A DNA stretch of 64,000 bases from positions 1,774 to 65,773 of the forward strand of contig CAYSJA010000030.1 in NCBI GenBank assembly GCA_964431235.1, given 5' to 3'. Shown here in pieces: positions 59,221 through 64,000 of this stretch; position 1 is the stretch's first letter, and each line of letters begins with the position of its first letter. The notes beneath the pieces were generated by a model. It saw only the letters and a list, made by a program, of their open reading frames with translations. It had not been told where the DNA came from and searched no databases. The DNA comes from an uncultured Gammaproteobacteria bacterium (GTDB taxonomy: Bacteria > Patescibacteriota > Patescibacteriia > Patescibacteriales > UBA12465). Position numbers and translations under genes: made by a program.

Positions 59221-60114
59221 TCAAATCTTTATCTTTATCGCCGCTCGTAGTTTGGCACTCCTTGATCTAGGATTTAATTCTTGTTCTTTCTGCCCGGGAA
59301 TAAGTGGCTTTTTAATAATGGGTATTAAATCTTCTTCTCCTTTAAAAAATCTTTTTACTATCCGATCCTCGCCACTATGGAAAGATACTACTACTAAACG
59401 TCCTTTATAGCGAAGTAGATCTTTGGCATCAGGTAAAGCTATCTTTAAATTTTCAAATTCCTGATTAGTTTCTATCCTTAAAGCTTGAAATACTTTGGTA
59501 GCCGGATGAATCTTATAATAAAAACGGGGGGGATATTGGCTCTTAATGATATCTGCTAATTCTTTAGCATTATCTATTTTTTTTTGCTTCCGAAAAGAAA
59601 CAATCGCCTTGGCGATTCTGTAGGCATGCTTTTCTTCTCCGAATTCCCTGAATATCACAGCTAATTCCTCAATTTTATAATTGTTAACAATAGAAATGGT
59701 TGATCTTTCCGCTTGTTGACCAAAAGCCATATCAAGAGGGCCTCCATGTTGGAAAGAAAACCCTCGTCCAGTATCTTTCAATTGAAAAGATGACAACCCT
59801 AAATCAAATACTATACCGTCAAATAATTCTTGATCCCCGATATATTCTCTGGCAACCTTTTTTATATTTTTAAAATTTTCTTGAACTAATGTTATATTAC
59901 TCAGTCCGGCTTTAACGATTTTCTTAGTCGCGTTCTTTATTGCCGTTTCATCCATATCCATAGCCAGCACTCTTCCCTTATTTCCCGCTTTTTTTGCTAT
60001 TTCTAAAGTATAGCCAGCACCTCCTAATGTACAATCAATATATTTTCCTCCCGGCTTTACAGTTAAGTATTTTATTACCTCCGGTAGCATTACCGGAATA
60101 TGATCACCTGCCAT
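59221..60114 (-). CDS. rsmH: 16S rRNA m4C1402 methyltransferase
   Basis: HIPVM, DCTLGGAG, DLGLSS.Q, FQALRIETN, SFHSGED, NPRSRSAKLR. Confidence 0.97.
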   Translation of the reverse strand: MAGDHIPVMLPEVIKYLTVKPGGKYIDCTLGGAGYTLEIAKKAGNKGRVLAMDMDETAIKNATKKIVKAGLSNITLVQENFKNIKKVAREYIGDQELFDGIVFDLGLSSFQLKDTGRGFSFQHGGPLDMAFGQQAERSTISIVNNYKIEELAVIFREFGEEKHAYRIAKAIVSFRKQKKIDNAKELADIIKSQYPPRFYYKIHPATKVFQALRIETNQEFENLKIALPDAKDLLRYKGRLVVVSFHSGEDRIVKRFFKGEEDLIPIIKKPLIPGQKEQELNPRSRSAKLRAAIKIKI

Positions 60115-60117
60115 ATA

Positions 60118-60549
60118 CTAAATACCCAAGTCTCCCAAAGCTTCGGCGATTGAATTGCTGTTCTTTTCAGAATCAGCCTTATATTTCCTCCAAGATATTT
60201 GATCCCAAATCTCCAAATGATTATATAAGCCGGCTACTACTACTTTTTTTTTCAATCCGGAAAAAGAACGCAAATATTCCGGTAAAGTTATCCGTCCCTG
60301 ATTATCAAATTCGACATCCATAGCTCCAGCCAACATATGACGCGCAAAAGCCCTGGCCTTAGCCTGACTAAGTGGCAAAGCAGCAAATTTTTTTGCCATC
60401 TCTTTAAATTGTTCTTTAGAATATAAAAAAAGACAGTTATCCAAACCTTTGGTTACAACCGCCCCTTTCTTTAAAATGACACGGAACTTAGCTGGTATAG
60501 CCAAGCGCCCTTTATTATCTAAACTATGATTGTATTCGCCGATAAACAT
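60118..60549 (-). CDS. mraZ: Division/cell wall cluster repressor MraZ
   Basis: MFIGEY...DNKGRL..P and DNQGRI..P repeats; start at MFIGE. Confidence 0.97.
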   Translation of the reverse strand: MFIGEYNHSLDNKGRLAIPAKFRVILKKGAVVTKGLDNCLFLYSKEQFKEMAKKFAALPLSQAKARAFARHMLAGAMDVEFDNQGRITLPEYLRSFSGLKKKVVVAGLYNHLEIWDQISWRKYKADSEKNSNSIAEALGDLGI

Positions 60550-60571
60550 AGATTTAGCAAATAAATTTTTA

Positions 60572-60642
60572 TTCCATCGTCCACTATTCCCCACAATTCA
60601 CCTTTCAAGTTTAATTATACACCACTTGCCCCCAAGGGTCAA
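60572..60642 (-). promoter_or_regulatory. dcw promoter with MraZ-box-like TGG(G) repeats
   Basis: TTGACC-17 bp-TATAAT (60642-60614); TGGGGGCAAG-TGGTG in the spacer and GTGGGGAATA-GTGG downstream, each at 10-nt period. Confidence 0.75.
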
Positions 60643-60814
60643 CACTTTTATTTTATCTAATATAAAGGAAAAATTATTAAAAAGACCACTTATCAACAAG
60701 TGGCCTGTTTAAATTTAATTATTTTTTAAAAAAATAACCTTTAGTTTTCAACAGTTAATACACAAGACTAAAATAAATATTTTTTCAATAACTACCTATT
60801 AAATAAATAAAAAT

Positions 60815-61195
60815 TCAGTCTAAAATCTTCTTTTTACTCTGCCCGATATTGGGTAACTGGCTATATATTGGCTTAACAATCTGAAAATTTTTAAATAAAA
60901 ACGCGTTCCGGCCACTTTCACTTATTACTGGAACCTTCAAAGCATAAGCTAAGGCGTTAGCACTTAATATTCCGACTCTTAAAGAAGTAAAACTTCCTCC
61001 TTTATCAGCAACTATTATCTTTTTTATATGTCGTAAAGAAATTTTGTTCTCCAATAATAGATTGTTTATCAAAACTAAAAGTTTTTCTGCCTGGTTGCAC
61101 TTTACTTGGCTGATTTTCACTATTTCTTTTTTATTTTTTAAAATCAAGACAATCTTAATTTTATTGTCAATAATTGTATTTATATATAATGTCAT
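60815..61195 (-). CDS. tsaB: Truncated TsaB (YeaZ)-like protein
   Basis: LYINT, AEKLL, GGSFTSLRVG...ANALAY, PIY; only 126 aa. Confidence 0.75.
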   Translation of the reverse strand: MTLYINTIIDNKIKIVLILKNKKEIVKISQVKCNQAEKLLVLINNLLLENKISLRHIKKIIVADKGGSFTSLRVGILSANALAYALKVPVISESGRNAFLFKNFQIVKPIYSQLPNIGQSKKKILD

Positions 61196-62187
61196 AATCC
61201 TTTTTGGTATTCATTTATAATTTTTTCTATATCGTTTACAGACTCTATCTTCACCAATTTTTCCCGCCAGTACTTAGCTCTAGAAAATCCTTGTACATAC
61301 CAAACTAAATGCTTCCTTAACTCAATTAGGGCGGCTTCACTTTTTTTTTCTACAAAAAGCTTAGCATGCTTTAACATCAAGGCTAATATTTCTGAACCGG
61401 ATAATTCTTTATTTTTATCATCTTTAATCTCTGAAAAAAGCCAAGGCCGACCTAAAACTCCACGCGCCAAGCCCAAACCGTCAGCCAAACTTTCTTGCCA
61501 GGCCAACCTGGCGCTATCAAGATTATTTATACCACCATTGGTTAAAATAACACCTTTAAAATAATCTCTCGCTTTCTTCGCTAGCCCATGATCAACCTTG
61601 CCGGTAAAGCCCTGATTTAAACTCCGTCCGTGAATCATTAAAGCTGAGAGGGGCAAATCAGAAATATTGCTTAAAAATTCCAAAGCCCCTATTTCACCTG
61701 AAGACGATCTTATTTTTATAGATACCGGCAAATCAGTATTATCCAGAACCGCCTGAATAACTTTCCTTGATCGTTTCAAATCTTTCATTAAGTTTGCTCC
61801 TGCTCCCTGCTTGATAATTTTATTTACCGGACAACCGAAATTTATATCTAAACCATGTGGCCTTATTTTTTCATTTATCATTTTAGCAGCAACAGCAAAA
61901 TGTTCGGGTAAGGAACCAAAAATTTGGACAACGTAATACTTCTCTTTCTTTGGATCAAATTGTAATAAATCTCTCGTTGTTTCAACACTATTTTCACCCT
62001 GCCGACTCTTGTCCTTATCAATATAATATAAAGCGGTGGCGGAAACCATTTCACTGTATAGAACATCAGCTCCCTGTTGCCGGCACAATTGGCGAAAAGC
62101 TGGATCAGTAAAACCCGCCATTGGAGCTAAAGCTAAAATCGGTCGGCAATTTTTTTTCAATTCATTCCAAAAATTATTTTTTATCAT
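61192..62187 (-). CDS. dus: tRNA-dihydrouridine synthase (DusB-like)
   Basis: LAPMAG, SEMVS, QIFG, DINFGCP, HGR, NGGI, LRKHL.WY; start uncertain by a few codons. Confidence 0.93.
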   Translation of the reverse strand: MIKNNFWNELKKNCRPILALAPMAGFTDPAFRQLCRQQGADVLYSEMVSATALYYIDKDKSRQGENSVETTRDLLQFDPKKEKYYVVQIFGSLPEHFAVAAKMINEKIRPHGLDINFGCPVNKIIKQGAGANLMKDLKRSRKVIQAVLDNTDLPVSIKIRSSSGEIGALEFLSNISDLPLSALMIHGRSLNQGFTGKVDHGLAKKARDYFKGVILTNGGINNLDSARLAWQESLADGLGLARGVLGRPWLFSEIKDDKNKELSGSEILALMLKHAKLFVEKKSEAALIELRKHLVWYVQGFSRAKYWREKLVKIESVNDIEKIINEYQKGL

Positions 62188-63619
62188 GATGCTCGGCAAT
62201 TAATCTCTGCCCTTGGGGAATATCTTCAAGAATAAAACCCAACTTTTTTATTTCAACGCGTAAACGATCAGACTCTTGCCAATTTTCTGCCAAACGAGCT
62301 ACCTCTCTTTTTAAAAGCAGCTTTAAAATCTTATCGGGCACATTAAAAGAAATTTCTTTAATATTTTTACCCCAAGGTTTTATTGCCTCTAAAATAAAAG
62401 TTTTTTTATTTAAATCAAGTCCTAAAACTTTATCAAAATCTAAAGCTGTTGCCAGCTTGTCCTTATTTACAAGGTTTGATTTCATCATCTTGGCTAAAAC
62501 TGCTAAAGCTTGGGGAATATTTAAATCATTGTTTATCGCTTTTATAAACTGCTCTTGAAAATTGGGATTAGAATCACCCTTCTCTTCTCCTAAAGATACT
62601 ATTTGTGACCTAAAACTTAACAATGATTTTTCTGCTTGACGCAAACCCTCCTCACTGTATTCCATTGGCTTACGATAATGGACTTGACAAACAGCTAAAC
62701 GGTAAGCTAAAGGATCTATATCTTTCTTTAGCAAAGCATTTTCCAAAGTCAAAAAATTATCGCCACTTTTAGCCATTTTTTTGCCACCGGAAATATTTAA
62801 AAAAGCACTATGAAGCCAATAATTAAAAAAATTCTTATCGGTAGCAGCTTCTGATTGGGCAATTTCGTTAGTATGATGAATATTTATATGATCAACGCCA
62901 CCACAATGTATATCTAAGTTACCTTGCAAATATTTCAAACTCATAGCCGAGCACTCTATATGCCAGCCAGGGAATCCCTTGCCCCAAGGAGAATTCCACT
63001 CCATTTGGCGTTTACGATCTGTCGGAGAAAACTTCCACAAAGCAAAATCAGTTGGACTCTTTTTATCAGGATTCTTTTCCACCCTAGCTCCTTCTCTTAG
63101 ACTTTCTAAAGGCAAATGGCTTAATTTATTATAATTTTTAACTTTTGCGGTATCAAAATACAAACCATCTTTAGTTTTATAGGTATAGCCCTTTTTCTCT
63201 AGAATCTTTATTAGTTCAATCTGCTCGGCAATATTATCAGTGGCTTTACACCAAATATCAGGATAAATTATGTTCAATCTGCCTAAATCTTTCTTAAAAG
63301 CTTGAGTATAAAAATCAGCTATTTGCCAAGCACTTTTCCCTTCGCGCTGAGCACTTCTTTCCATTTTATCTTCACCCATATTCATGTCACCCAACAAATG
63401 ACCAACATCGGTTATATTCATAACATGCTTTACTTTATAACCGTTATAGATGAAAATTCTCTTCAAAAAATCCTCAAACAAATAAGCGCGAAAGTTACCA
63501 ATATGAGCATAATTATAAACAGTTGGACCACAGGTATAAATACCAACTAAATCTTTTTTTAGCGGAGAAAAAACTTCTTTCTTCCTAGTTAAAGTGTTAT
63601 ATAGATAAATTTTTTCCAT
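62174..63619 (-). CDS. cysS: Cysteine--tRNA ligase
   Basis: CGPTVY..AHIGN, DFALWK, PGWHIECSAM, KMAKS. Confidence 0.97.
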   Translation of the reverse strand: MEKIYLYNTLTRKKEVFSPLKKDLVGIYTCGPTVYNYAHIGNFRAYLFEDFLKRIFIYNGYKVKHVMNITDVGHLLGDMNMGEDKMERSAQREGKSAWQIADFYTQAFKKDLGRLNIIYPDIWCKATDNIAEQIELIKILEKKGYTYKTKDGLYFDTAKVKNYNKLSHLPLESLREGARVEKNPDKKSPTDFALWKFSPTDRKRQMEWNSPWGKGFPGWHIECSAMSLKYLQGNLDIHCGGVDHINIHHTNEIAQSEAATDKNFFNYWLHSAFLNISGGKKMAKSGDNFLTLENALLKKDIDPLAYRLAVCQVHYRKPMEYSEEGLRQAEKSLLSFRSQIVSLGEEKGDSNPNFQEQFIKAINNDLNIPQALAVLAKMMKSNLVNKDKLATALDFDKVLGLDLNKKTFILEAIKPWGKNIKEISFNVPDKILKLLLKREVARLAENWQESDRLRVEIKKLGFILEDIPQGQRLIAEHHDKK

Positions 63620-63629
63620 AAGTCTCTTA

Positions 63630-64000
63630 TTACTTAAATTTTATCGGAATACTTATTTGCGCACTGTTTTCCAATAAACCAGAAGGGTTGCTTTTCATAA
63701 TGACTAAATAACCATTTTCCGCTTCAGTATTAAAATCCAAAATCGTACTAAAAGCTACAAAATCTTCAGTCATCCAATCAGTTTCAGCTTGAGCATAATA
63801 ATCAACAACTATATCGCCCGCTGCTGTCAAAAGTTTTAGAGGTAAAACTGCCTCAAAAAACCAATAACCTCTGGCTGTACCTTTTATTTCTAAAGGAGAT
63901 GACACTTTTTCTCCTGGTAAAGGCGAAGTAACCACTACTTCTATTGGCGGTTTAAACCTATTTTCATATTTATCGCTTATTTCTACGGGGCAATCCTCTT
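63630..64000 (-). CDS. Gmad2-type immunoglobulin-like domain protein (5' end outside the window)
   Basis: SPL.I.G.ARG.WFFEA, WMTEDFV.F, NPSGL; the frame stays open to the window edge. Confidence 0.75.
   Translation of the reverse strand, partial: EDCPVEISDKYENRFKPPIEVVVTSPLPGEKVSSPLEIKGTARGYWFFEAVLPLKLLTAAGDIVVDYYAQAETDWMTEDFVAFSTILDFNTEAENGYLVIMKSNPSGLLENSAQISIPIKFK

Noticed and set aside
60650-60814. Replication origin upstream of mraZ
   Set aside because: Only three imperfect boxes, no dnaA/dnaN nearby and no switch in gene orientation.
59221-60817. Alternative genetic code (TGA=Gly, as in Gracilibacteria/SR1)
   Set aside because: rsmH and the tsaB-like gene end at TGA at plausible positions, and conserved genes are uninterrupted under code 11.
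149-63550. Short opposite-strand or nested ORFs in the track (e.g. 149-406, 10288-10629, 25886-26194, 37667-37987, 59994-60323)
   Set aside because: They lie within well-supported genes and have no recognisable motifs; shadow ORFs.

Overview
AT-rich, gene-dense bacterial chromosome segment using genetic code 11 (TGA is a stop in rsmH and the tsaB-like gene). Gene content points to a Patescibacteria/CPR (Parcubacteria-type) genome; this is inference from the lone coupling-protein-like ATPase among housekeeping genes, the sigma4/delta-HTH protein, DUF4012, Gmad2, the truncated TsaB and the lack of evident Shine-Dalgarno motifs. Most genes are housekeeping: aminoacyl-tRNA synthetases, dnaX, pyrG, secE-nusG-rplK-rplA, rpsB-tsf, the mraZ-rsmH-ftsL-ftsI-murF cluster, rml/glycosyltransferase genes, iscS/iscU, gap and pyk. 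I saw no rRNA, tRNA, CRISPR array, transposase or prophage. The most notable signals are: (1) a gap-SDR-NuoF-like-[FeFe]-hydrogenase gene run, with an intact H-cluster but all four N-terminal [2Fe-2S] cysteines replaced, and no HydC or maturases in the window; (2) a single Xer-type recombinase with a dif-like 11-6-11 site about 125 bp upstream, near where gene orientation flips; (3) a TGT lacking its zinc ligands and with a remodelled substrate loop; (4) three small genes missed by the ORF track (secE, a 46-aa membrane peptide, and a ferredoxin with no canonical start codon); (5) two pairs of dispersed paralogous envelope domains.
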